Shown here: in pieces, positions 48,522 to 60,244 of the stretch
How positions within the stretch are numbered: position 1 is the first letter of the stretch
How the letters are laid out: each line of letters starts with the position of its first letter
Origin: Orbicella franksi
Lineage: Eukaryota
Assembly: GCA_964199315.1 (NCBI GenBank)
Contig: OZ116712.1
Location: forward strand, 12,090,001 to 12,154,000
DNA: 64,000 nucleotides
Reading direction: 5' to 3'
Position numbers and translations under genes: made by a program
The notes under the pieces: generated by a model
What the model saw: the letters and a program-made list of their open reading frames with translations, nothing else
Databases searched by the model: none
What the model was told of the DNA's origin: nothing

Positions 48522-51500
48522 ATGGAGGATAACACTGGGACACCGCCTGAATCTGCAAACCGCAGCAAATGGGAGAATTTCGATGAGGAGAATAGAGAAA
48601 TTAACGGCCATTGTCAAGAGATTTCCGTTCGTGGAAAATTACCTCTGGTAGAAAACCACCTTTCTGAAAACTGTGAATTAATTAACGATCCAAAAGCTCT
48701 CAGTCAGCCAGGCAATTCTTCACTTAATAAGGAGAATGGACTCACAGGAACTGACTCTAAGGAGAATTTACCGGAGAAATCTAAAGATTCGGAGACTTCA
48801 CCGAGTAAGATAAACACTCCACAGCAATTTGATCTTGAACCTGGCGTTGATTCTTCGAATCTTTTGGAAACAACCTCCGATCAAGCTACTGATAAGGAGC
48901 TAGGCGCTCGCGAATCTTCTTCAAAATCTAACAAAGGAGAATTGACAGCCGGGGAAAATTCTATTCAATCGAAAGATTTCTCAAAAAGTAAGGCAGATGT
49001 TGTTGGAGGCAAATTGAACGGCGTGAGTGGTGGTTATACTCGTTCAGCAGCTGACGACGGAGTGCTTGCTGGAGAAAACATTATTCCTTCAGGACAGTGG
49101 ACTACGTTTGAGGAAAGTCGTGGAGACGGTACATCGACAAATGATTCTAAAAGAGCAGAAGGTTCCTCGATCGCCAAAGACCTGAATATAAACACACCCA
49201 CGACAGATTCGAACATGGCGGCGTTTGATTCCCAAGCCGCATTAACCACAAACATTATCTCCAATTTGGCTACTGTAACTGAAACTGAAGCCATTCAGGC
49301 GAATTCTTCATCCATTAACCACGGAGAAATAGCTAAAAATCTACCTTCAAATTCGCATTCGCCCACTGCGAGCAGCATGAAATCAGCTGTTCCCATCGTA
49401 AATCGGGTTACAACACTCGAGAAAGGCACTCTCCGCTCGACTTCAAGTAATTCTCAGCAGCCGCAAGTTGGTAATAGCTCTGTTACAAAGCAAAGTAAAG
49501 ACGAGCTTGGATCTAACTGGGTCAGTTTTGGCGAGGAGGGGAATTCGAGCGAAAGCCAGAAAGCAGGTTTAGACGGAAAACTTGGTAACTTAGAAACGAA
49601 GAAGCGTCTTGTCGAAAGTGATCTTCAAAAGCCGGATTCAGCGGTTGAAAACGCGAAACAGAGCGTAAATACCTCTGGCTTACAAGCAGAAAAGGTAGTT
49701 AATGGTAAAGGATTAAACAAAACGATCTCAGCAATTGCTCCGGTATCGTTCACTTCGGCAGAACTGGATTTACTTGCGAGTAAGTCGTGGATTCAATTTA
49801 ATGATTCAAGCACAAGTAAAAAGGACGTTCAGCAAACGAATTCAAGTGCTGCTTCAACTTCGGTCCAGCAGTCTTGGGTCAAGTTTGGTGATTCGACCGG
49901 CCTAGTAGGACAGAATCTGGACTTGTTGGAGTTGGATGTTAGTGGCAAAACTAACTTAAATAGTGCATCATCAAGCCCAAATCCATTCAGCACTATGCCA
50001 TCCACTTTGGGCAGTAATCCTTTTAAACCAGATGCAAAGCTGAGCCCTGCTAATCCATTTCAAGCTGATGCCAATGCAGCAAATGGATCAACTGCATATC
50101 CAACATTGACTCAAGGTCCCATCTCCTCCTCGACGCCCCTCTCTGGCACGAAAACCTTGTTGGTTTCAGAACCCACTGCTGCACTGACCATTCCACACCA
50201 AGGACCCCTCAGTGATGATTCTAATTCACTACACAAACCTGAATTGGTTGTAACTCAAGATCAAGTGGACACAAGACCTGTAGAACCAGTCATTCATGAT
50301 CAGCAATCCACTGAAGCAAATAACAAACCCCTTCTTGAAGAAAAGCCATTGATAACCAGTGGTTCATGGTCTATGCTTCTGCGCTTCCCTGACAAGAAGC
50401 GCAAAATTGGCTCACGTGAGTGGAAACCTGTGGTTATAAAGCTGGAGGGTACCACGTTGCAGGTTTTTGAGGAATATGAATTGTCTGCACCCTTTCGAGA
50501 GATCCCACTGCAGGCTTATTTTGTGTTCACAGCACCAAAGTTACAGTCATTTGAGCATGGGGCCAAAGTTCATACAGTTAAATTAGAGTATGTCAAGTAC
50601 ATCGAAGCAAGAAGTTTGCGACATCATGGCACCATCAAGCACACAGCACAAGGAACTCCGATCATTAAAATTGCATCTCCAAGTCACTTAGTAATCAAAG
50701 AACTCTTAGAATCTTTCAACAATTCACTTCGCCTTCTCCCAGCCTACAGAGACAGGGGTATCACTTACCGTCACGATGAAGTCTTTGTTGATGTTGAGGA
50801 TCTGACCAATGTTATTTTATCTGGTGATGGTACTGTTCTAAAGAAAAATTCCAAAGTGTTGATCAAGTTTCGTGCTTTTCTAACTGGAGACCCTGAATGC
50901 CAGTTGGTACTGAATGACATTGTTCTCAGGGAGAGAGAAGAGGCTCGCCTGCGAGGAGAGGAGAAACCACAGCGGGTTCATCACTGGGTTAAACTGCGCC
51001 ATTGCGATTTTCACAAATGCGTAGATGTCACAACCTTCGACCAGTCGCATGCGATAACCTTTCATCCTCTAGATGCATGCACATTTGAGCTGATGCGTTT
51101 TCCTGTGGATCACCATAAACCTCTACCCCTCCTTGTAAAAACAGTGTTGAATGTACACAGCGAGCAAAGAATTGAACTCAAAGCTGAAATCCAAGTCTGC
51201 CAGGAAACTAAGATGGCAAAGTATTTGAGAAACAATGTGGTTTTCAGATTTCCAATTCCTGAGTCATGGGTACCTCTCTTTAGAACATCGAAAGCCTTCA
51301 GAGGGGAGAAATCCATTAAATCCAGTAAGGGCAGGCGTGCTGCAGCAATTAAGAGCAGGCTGAGGAATTCCAAGTGTTCCATTGCGGTGTCTCTTGGCAA
51401 AGCAAAGTATGAGTCGGAATATGGTGCTGTTGTGTGGCACATTGATCAACTGCCATTCATCCACAGCAAAATCCCAGCTGATGCTCCCCAGACACTCACG

Positions 51501-51743
51501 TGTGTCTTAGATCTTCCTCCAGGCATGGAATATCCAGAAAACTACAAACCCATGGCAGAGCTTGAGTATGACGTCGCCTATGTGTTAGTCTCTGACACCA
51601 CTGTCATCGCAGTGAAAGTGTCCAATCAGAATATTCCAGAGAAGTGGGTTTGCTACAGAGCATTGTACCACTATGACGTCAACATTGAAATCTCAAGGCC
51701 ATCTAGTGGACCAGTCAGAGATGTTGGATGTACGCAGCAGTGA
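48522..51743 (+). CDS. Stonin (stoned-B/STON family) endocytic adaptor, single coding exon, 1073 aa
   Basis: Uninterrupted ORF with a low-complexity N-terminus (5 WxxF, 3 NPF), stonin homology domain (WSMLLRFP..REWKPV..VHTVKLEYVKY) and mu-homology domain (EVFVDV, FLTGDPECQLVLND, FHKCVD, ITFHPLDACTFELMRF, AKYE..VVW). Confidence 0.93.
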   Translation: MEDNTGTPPESANRSKWENFDEENREINGHCQEISVRGKLPLVENHLSENCELINDPKALSQPGNSSLNKENGLTGTDSKENLPEKSKDSETSPSKINTPQQFDLEPGVDSSNLLETTSDQATDKELGARESSSKSNKGELTAGENSIQSKDFSKSKADVVGGKLNGVSGGYTRSAADDGVLAGENIIPSGQWTTFEESRGDGTSTNDSKRAEGSSIAKDLNINTPTTDSNMAAFDSQAALTTNIISNLATVTETEAIQANSSSINHGEIAKNLPSNSHSPTASSMKSAVPIVNRVTTLEKGTLRSTSSNSQQPQVGNSSVTKQSKDELGSNWVSFGEEGNSSESQKAGLDGKLGNLETKKRLVESDLQKPDSAVENAKQSVNTSGLQAEKVVNGKGLNKTISAIAPVSFTSAELDLLASKSWIQFNDSSTSKKDVQQTNSSAASTSVQQSWVKFGDSTGLVGQNLDLLELDVSGKTNLNSASSSPNPFSTMPSTLGSNPFKPDAKLSPANPFQADANAANGSTAYPTLTQGPISSSTPLSGTKTLLVSEPTAALTIPHQGPLSDDSNSLHKPELVVTQDQVDTRPVEPVIHDQQSTEANNKPLLEEKPLITSGSWSMLLRFPDKKRKIGSREWKPVVIKLEGTTLQVFEEYELSAPFREIPLQAYFVFTAPKLQSFEHGAKVHTVKLEYVKYIEARSLRHHGTIKHTAQGTPIIKIASPSHLVIKELLESFNNSLRLLPAYRDRGITYRHDEVFVDVEDLTNVILSGDGTVLKKNSKVLIKFRAFLTGDPECQLVLNDIVLREREEARLRGEEKPQRVHHWVKLRHCDFHKCVDVTTFDQSHAITFHPLDACTFELMRFPVDHHKPLPLLVKTVLNVHSEQRIELKAEIQVCQETKMAKYLRNNVVFRFPIPESWVPLFRTSKAFRGEKSIKSSKGRRAAAIKSRLRNSKCSIAVSLGKAKYESEYGAVVWHIDQLPFIHSKIPADAPQTLTCVLDLPPGMEYPENYKPMAELEYDVAYVLVSDTTVIAVKVSNQNIPEKWVCYRALYHYDVNIEISRPSSGPVRDVGCTQQ

Positions 51744-51923
51744 GGCAACCAGTAGCACTGCTTTCAGTAATAACTGGTATGTATAAACTTTTGCATGTTT
51801 AAAGGGCAGTATCCTTAAATATATGTTTTAAAGAATGGTTTCAAGACATATGTCAAGTATTCAACTGAGGCCCCATTGGAGAAGTTGTGAGTATCTCACA
51901 TCCCAGTAATTTTTTGGACCTAA

Positions 51924-52896
51924 CAGGGCTCAAAGTTAACGACCAACTGGTCGCATATGTGACTAGATTTTTGGCTGTGCACCTAAAAAATCATGTGTGG
52001 TTGCACCGCCGCGCCTTAAAAGCCAAAGTACAGTGCGACTTCTCTAGTGCTTACTCACCTGACCACACTAACGTACTCAGATTGATAAATATAAATATCA
52101 ATGTAGATATAACACAACCAGGCACCAAATAATAAAGTTGCACCATTTTCCCTTCATCAGTGTGTGTTTTATTCATCATCTTTAAGCCTAATTTCCCAGT
52201 GGATTCTCGGAACTCGAACGTTCATTTCTTCCCCACGTTCTGTGTTGTAAATAACTCCGCTGACACATGCAAATGAAGGAATGAAGCACATGCTTCTTGC
52301 GCAATTGATGATCCAGCGGAAAGCATTGAAACTGGGGAAGAGAATTAAATCGTGTGCTCGTTCTTTGCAAACAACAGTTACAGAATGCTGCGTTTTGTAA
52401 AGAAAGCTTTGTTTTCACTTGTCTGACATACAAAAATGTCCAGCGTTTTCGGAACGGGCCGGTCCACGAGTTCTACGGCTTGAAAGCTAGCCAAATGAGC
52501 AAAGTTCGTGCTAGTTCTACCCAGATGTTGAATAAATCAAGAATGTTCGTGAACAGAATTTCAAAGGGAGGCACACAACAAGCAATTGGATAGTGAGGAT
52601 ACTCAACGGAGCGACGTCAGTAGTTAATATCTAAGCATAACCCTTGTGTGAAATATCCTGATTCTTTTATTTGTTTTCGTTGTGTTCAATATTGCTAGAA
52701 TAGGCCCATACTGCAACACGAAACCTGAGTCGCTCTTTTTGGAGCATTAATAATTCTTTTCGAGTAGGTGCTCCAAGTGTTTGAAGCTGTGCGCCTAAAA
52801 TTTTTAACTCTGTGCCTAAAATTTCGACAGTGCGCCTAAAAATTTACACCTGGTTGCACAAGTGCTCCCAAAGCCAAAAATAAATTTTGAGCCCTG
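51924..52896. mobile_element. hAT-like non-autonomous element (973 bp) with 5-bp TSD, 180 bp after the stonin stop
   Basis: CCTAA|CAGGGCTCAAA ... TTTGAGCCCTG|CCTAA (TSD at 51919-51923 and 52897-52901). Confidence 0.78.
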
Positions 52897-55829
52897 CCTA
52901 AGTATCCTGTATCCTATTAATTCCAAGTGCAGAAATTAACAATTTTCCAACTCAATATCCTGTTTTATCTGATCATAATATCCCATATTCCATTAATTTT
53001 CTCCCTAAATATTCTATATCCTGTTAATTTTTTACCCAAATGTCCCATATCCCAAAATTCCTAATACTGGACCTCTGAACTTGTAGTAATTTTTGCTATT
53101 TTCAAGACATCCTTGATTGAGTGATAAGAAATCATAAACTATATGTAACAATTTTTTGATGCAATACAGTACAGAAAAAAAATGGTGTCGCAGTGGTCAT
53201 TACTGGTACAATGCAACCCAGTGTACAATGAAGTTCCAAGGGACCTGAAAAATGAGTTCAGGGATCCATCATTCCTGTTTTAATGAATTTGTGGGAAACA
53301 GAACCGAGTCGTAGCTGAGTTTTTATACTGCAACACCCAGAATTCAGATTGCTGGTACAGCAGTAACAAGAATGAAGTATTCCATCTGTTTTGATATCTT
53401 CTTTATAGCACATGTACATGTACTACAGCTAGAACTTTGGATTTCTTTCAAAGTCCAGGCCTCTGGACTGTGTTGTTATAACAGAGATTTTATCATGCTG
53501 GGGTTTGTTACATGTATTTCAGAGAACTGCTCTTTGTCTCCTGGTACATGGATTATTTTATTTACTTACAAGGTACAAAGACCATGCTTTTTTGGTTTGC
53601 TGGGATTAGGGGGAGGGAGAGTGCTTTTCGGGCCCTTGCTCAGCTGTATCTCTTAGAACATTAAAACTTAATGAGAATGAAGCTTGGAGGACTTGTAGTG
53701 TACCCAAAATTATTTCCTTTGGCATGCATACCATAGAACAATGATGTCATACGACTTAGAAATGACGCCATCACTTAACAGATAGCCTTCATCTTGGATT
53801 TTATAATTTTTGTAAAATATTAGAAAAGCACCATGATTGGTGCAAGATAGTCAAAATGGATAGAAAAGGAAAAATAACTAAAAGTGATTTTTTTTTCACT
53901 AAAGACAACAAAATTTGAAATTTGAAAAACATGCCATAAAACATGAAGAACGTTGCCATGGAAATATCAAGATTTAGGAAAGTTGCCAAATGTGGACTTC
54001 ATTGCTTCAATGTTTTAAAGTTACAAACCTTCAATAAAATTTGTTGGGGGTCTCAAAAGCCCCCCCCCCCCCCCCCCGACACTACTCAGTCTAAATAGGG
54101 TTAGTTAATGTTTGACTTTTCTTACATTACCTGTTTAAGATCAACAACAGTCATTTTGTTGAAAGCTCATAATTTTCAAGTAAATTATAACCAGAGAACA
54201 ATACACGTAACATATTCTTACTCATCTCAATACTACTTGACTTTCAAACTTCTCGCCTATTCATCCTTCTGTCTGTAAAAAGCGAATCCAGGACTAACAT
54301 GTCCCAGATTTGCAATGTCACAAAAAGGATACTTCATGTAAATTAGTCTTGCTAATTGTGAATGTTTTAATTAATATACCTTTTCTCCATTTAGATGAAG
54401 TTGAACATGCAATGTGGGACTGAGTGTGACATGGTGCTGTGAATAAAGGTTCTATTAGCTTGCAATCAAAAGGCATGGAAATTTTTAGTTCTTTCATTTC
54501 AACCTTGGTACTTTATTGTCATTTGAAAGAAAGGGTTTCTCTCTGAATTCCTGGTTCTTATAATTATTTTAAATTGCAAACATTGTTATTAAGCTTTTTA
54601 TTAAATATTAAAATAATGTACATGTGAGTGTGTCCAAACTAATTTCAAACTTCCATAATGTTTTTATAGAAACAATTTTGTTGAGAACAACAGTATTTTC
54701 TCTTTTCATCTGAAGTTTGTTTTGAAGGCTTTAAGTTCTTTTTGGTGGTGTTTGTTTTAAAAATACATTTTATAATTGTTTTATTAGCCTGCTTACTGTG
54801 CAAGAATGGCTTGTACTGTGACAGTTTAGAGTAACAGCTTTATAGCTTATTTTGTCAAAGTGCTGCAAGAGTAGACAACAATCATAAAGAAGCTTTAAAT
54901 TGTGTTGTTAAAGATTAACTCCTTTTGTTGAAAAGCAAAGTTTAATTTCTTTTTCATTCAGAAAAGATTTTTTCACAGTATGACACTCATCACACAATGT
55001 GTGTTAGAACTTTAAAGGGAGAGTTTCATGGTTCGGCACATGTCTCTAAATCAAAATACTTTTGTTTGCTTCTTCCTTATTTTTTTTTTTTAATTTTCCA
55101 AAAATACAGTATTTGCTGCCAGAAGAATGTAGGTCATTATGGTATTTCATGTTGTTGATTGTTTGGCTAATAATGATCAGAGTCAAATGTCTGCTGAGTT
55201 ATTATTCAGTAAATTTGTTGTCAAACAGGCCAGTGATGAAAACAGAGGATAATCATTATTGACTGAAGGATGTTACCTTTATTTACGCGAATCACAAAAT
55301 TCTCAGACCTAACACTGTAGTAGGGGTAATGCAGCCACTGAGGAGACATTCTATTTTGAGCATTGGATTACTAAGGTTGTAAATAATGCTTTTTTAACAC
55401 TTGTGGTCAAACCGGTTTTTTTTTACTGGTAAAATTTCACTGAAAAATAATTAATTTTTGAGTCAGAACTCTTTCATTGATTTTATGATGGTATTAATTT
55501 TCATTATAAATGTTCTGTAAGTTATGAGCAGTAACGTGATGCCTAGTAAATAATTGGACAGGGTGAAAACAATTTACAATGTAATAGGAGAATATTATGA
55601 ATTAACGGTTGTAATGTTGTGTATTATATTCTTAAGATATTAATTGTGATCATACCTGTAGCAATAAGTGGATTGAAGGTACACACAAAGCAGTAAATGA
55701 GATGATCAATTTTATATAGATATGTAATATGTTTCCATCTTCTTACTACTGGAAAACTACCCGAGTGACCTACAGAAAAGAAATAGAAACTAAGAGAGTT
55801 TCTAAAAAGAGTGCCATGAAAAAGCTATT

Positions 55830-56615
55830 TTACAGCGGTTGTCATTATTACATGCAACCTTTAATGCAAAAACGTCTTGACTAAACCTAAGTTTTGGTGG
55901 ACGTCAATCATCTCCGCCTCCTTGCCAACTGTATGCAAAATTTACCTGAAAAAAAAAAACGTCTGACACCTTGCAGCAGTCCACTCATAAAAATTATCAT
56001 TTTACTTTCAGTATGTATGGCTAGCTCACTAAATACATTGACATTAAACAATCCTTGAAATCTATGAATGAAGTTTTTCTGGTTTTTCAATGACCATTCA
56101 CATGCATGGATGACCCCAAAATCAAGCAAATCTGCATGTGAGCAAACAAATTATTTCTGCACGAATTTTTCTTGGGGTTATGGACTGAACAATACTTAAA
56201 CCTATAGAATTTATAACTTATTACCTTACAAAATTATAAGGTTTATAAGACATTTAAGTCTTGTTCAGTCCATAACCCCAAGACAAGTATGTACAGAAAT
56301 AATTTAGTTTGTGTGTAGATTTGCTTGATCTCGGGGTCATTCATGCATGCGAATGGCCGTTGAGAAACCCGATCTGCCCATCTTCAGTTACAAATATCAA
56401 GGAATATTTAATGTCAGTTTATTTAGTGAGCTAGCTGAGCATACTGAAAGTAAAATGATAATTTTTACGAGTGGACTGCTGCAAGGTTTAAGACTTCCTT
56501 TGTAAATTTTGCATACAGTCGGTAAGGAGGTGGAGACGATTGACGTCCACCAAAACTTAGGTTTTGCCAAGACGTTTTTCCACTGAAGGTCGCATGTGAT
56601 TGATAACCGCTGTAA
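55830..56615. repeat. ~790-bp foldback palindrome with two ~380-bp arms
   Basis: Blocks such as CCTAAGTTTTGGTGGACGTCAATC, CCTTGCAGCAGTCCACTC, AAAATTATCATTTTACTTTCAGTATG and GGTTATGGACTGAACAA recur as reverse complements in mirror order around ~56225. Confidence 0.88.
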
Positions 56616-58060
56616 GCAATTGCATTATGTACAGAGTACATCTTTGCTTTTCAAGTACATGGAATGTTACAGGATCTAGCTAGTAATGAATTTTGAAAAT
56701 ATATATATATATATGTAGAGTTTTTTCTTTAAATTAATTTTGTCTTAAGACCTGTGCTGGCAATTTAATTGGCACAAAGCCAAAAAACGAGTGGAGAGCA
56801 AAAATGACTGCCATAGCTGTGAGACTTAATCGGAAGAAGGGAGTGTCCATTCATGGCTATCATCCAGGAATTATTTGTGGCCTTCACCCCATGTTAATGA
56901 AACTTCGAACTACACAGGCTGTGTATTAAATGAATGCAACTAGCCAATGCTTTTATTGCCGTAAGGTTGCTTTTATTATTTATGGTGTTAAGTTGTTATT
57001 TTTAGTTTCACAAAAAGAATTCTTAAAAATTGTCAAGTAAATTCTATTGTTGCCAGCTGTTACAGTGAAAAATTTTTCAAGTGAGCCATAGTGATATTTC
57101 TGGGTGGATATTGAGATTTAACTGCAGTCAGTGACAAGATCTCAGAGACCACAATTTAAATAAACCACAAGCTGCAAGAGGAGTGAGTCTAGGAGGTTCC
57201 TTTACTCTTTTGATATTGTGATTTCCAAGTATGTAGCCAAAGAATTAAACTGAGGTATTTTACCAAAAAAGATGTCACTTTTGTTTTTGACATCTGTTTT
57301 GTTTTTGATTATCTGTTGAACATTACACTTGAAGACTGCAGTTTATTCACCTTCAATAATGGGTAGGAAATGTTTCTTAGCACTCCAAGAATAGCATTAT
57401 TTCACTGTTTAGTCCTTATATGTATCTCTAAACATTCAATGAAGTTGCAACTGTTGTGAAGAAAGAGTTCATCAATATGCAAACATTCGTAACAAATATA
57501 TTTATCTGTATCATATCAGTGAATTAGTATCACTATTGCTCTATTTAGCTATGTAATTCGTGATAGGAAATTAAATTAGATATCTTAGACATAATCAGCA
57601 CAATACATGTAGTATAAAGCTATCAAGGGCAAGTACAGCTTACAGCTATTCACAGCGTGCTTTTCATATCAGATACCTCATTACACAACTGCTTGTACAC
57701 ATATCATAATTATGTTGACTGTCAATAAATGGTTATAAAATGGAGTTAGTTGTGTGATCATGATTTCTTTGACTGGGTGGCTGATCCAAGCTTGATGTTT
57801 ATTAAAAATTGAAGGGTTTTTATACAGTAAAAACTCATGTGTAAGAACCTAGGGGATTAAGAACCTGCTTACAGTATATTCTCTTAGTTTGTTTTTGCTT
57901 ACTTTTTTACGCTGAATTTTGTGAAACAAAGCAAAAAACAACTGAAATGTAACCAAATTTTCAAGTTGTTGAAGTGTTTAAATTTTCTACACTCAGGCTG
58001 ATGCAAGTGAAATTTCAACTCCTTAGCAACACGCGCAAGTGTGCACATCAATCAGTACTT

Positions 58061-58885
58061 TTGTTAGTGTGCGCACGTTCTGCACATCACGCAAGGCATA
58101 GTTTAACCGGCATGCACATGCTAGGATTGGCATTGATGTAATCAACTACGCTTCCCTATGCTAGCAAGTACACGACTAAAATAAAAGCAAAATTTTCCTG
58201 CTGTGACCAAATCAAGTTTAATGAACCTGTACCTAAAGCAGGAACACGAGAATAACATTGTATCATTAACCACAAACTGTTAATGGCTTCCAGCTGAAAA
58301 ACTAGCTGTTATCTGTTGAAAATTGTACTAAAATCCAGTTGTAAACATGTACCTGGAGAGGGCGTAGTGTGCGCGCAACACAAGCAAGAGAGGCGGAAAT
58401 GTTTCTCTTACTGGGGAGGTGACAGGAAAAAATTTAACGGGCACAAAAAGTTTTTTAAAAGGATGAATAACTTTAAAAAACACGTGGTTACCCCCACATT
58501 TTATTTTATGAAATGGAAGTGGCAAGCCTATTCAACACATGATTAGTTTTTAGTTATGAGTAAAAGCTATTTAGACTGTATTTCAACTGAACCAGACAAA
58601 GGCTGTTAGAGACCCTAAAAGCGCTGTTGCAACAATTTGTTATTGATAAACATATCAAGAATGGTTTTTATGTTACCTTTAACCAAGTAGTCTTAAGATC
58701 TTTATAAACATGTTCACTTTTTGGTATATAAATGCGAATTCTAAGGAAATCTGTGAAGAAATATCCTTTCTTTCTTTTTTTCAGAATTTTTGTTGAGATT
58801 CAAGGCTAATTATCTCGTAAAAATGTGTGGCTACCCCCAATTTTTCTTTGTGGATTCCAACAGCCCTGACAAAGATCTACTTTTT
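58061..58885 (-). mobile_element. Inverted, end-truncated second copy of the 6500-7398 element
   Basis: Colinear reverse-complement match over ~820 bp (e.g. CACGTGGTTACCCCCACATTTTA, AAAGCGCTGTTGCAAC, GAGATTCAAGGCTAATTATCTCG); TIRs missing. Confidence 0.8.
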
Positions 58886-59227
58886 CTTTCCTTTTCGTGT
58901 ATAAATAAAGACAACTCACAGCCACCTACCTACCTAACAATGGACTGGTATCATTTTCCTGAAGAAAAGTATACACTCTACAGATTCAGTCCTAAAAAAG
59001 CTTTAAAAAGCGTAATAAAATTTAGGATTGAAACAAAGCAACAAATGGCAAAGTTTCCTGAGAAGTCTGCTACTTTCACACTTATGTTGGGTTTCCAATT
59101 TTTCCAGGTTTTGGTGGAAAACAAACTTGGCCATAAAACCAATATGCTAGAATGTCAGTTCAACATTCTGCAACATGATGTAGAAAACAGGGTAAGGTTT
59201 AAGGTCTGGGTTAGATTATATAATTTC

Positions 59228-60213
59228 TTATGATTTTGAGGCATAAATAACTTGAAAAGCAAATCCAGATTTTGTTTTCTTAGTTCCTATGGAGACATTG
59301 CTAAATCCTCCTTCTGACAACTTAGCAATGTAAACTTCTGGTGACCAGTGAGGTGCATATTTAAACAACCCATTCTTAGAAAAATCATTGAGTTTGTCTC
59401 GAACAAATGTAGAGACCATCAAACCATCTGTTTTCATGACTCTCCCCAGTTCAGAAATGCCTTGATCCAGATCAGGCCAAAAATAGTAACAGTTTACATG
59501 GAACACTCGCTCAAAGAAGTTGTCACTATATGGAAGTTCCATAACACTTCCTAAATGAATTTCAAGTTCCTGCCTCTCTATGGAAGACTTGAAGTTTTTC
59601 TTGGCTAGGTGAACCTATTATAGGCAAAAAAGTTAAATAATTATAAAGATCAGAGTGACCAACCAAGTAAATAAGCTTATATATGAAATGTCATACATAA
59701 TGTAACCGAAGGAGAACTTAGTCTGATAATTTATAATGGTTATTACTTTAGATCATCGTAGACAATAGTTATGTGTGCAACCTAGGCCATCCCCATAAAA
59801 TGTTTCGTTTCCATCTGCCCAAGCCAATCCATTTTTGTGGAAAAGGAAAAGGAAAACAGTCGCTCTAAGATTAAGACCTAAGACCCCATCTTACTATGAA
59901 AACTCAGAACCCACCTTAGCTTTCAAACAATATGAAAACTAAGACCCTATCTTAGGACGCACGGAATTAGGTTTAACTCAATTGAAATAAAGTAACAGAA
60001 GAAGACATGAAAGAAAAAAGTTTTTAAAAAGAAACTGAGTGATTGAAGACACTGGTTGGTTGAAGATTTTATCTTGAGTAAGGAAACCAGGAATTGTCAC
60101 TAAAAAAAAAATCAAATTGGCAAGTTTAAATTTAAGCAAATCAGCCTCAACATTGTCGATAGATGGGGGGATTTGGGGAGTTTACTCTAGTATAGGTTAG
60201 CAAAATTCAGCTG

Positions 60214-60244
<31 letters not shown>

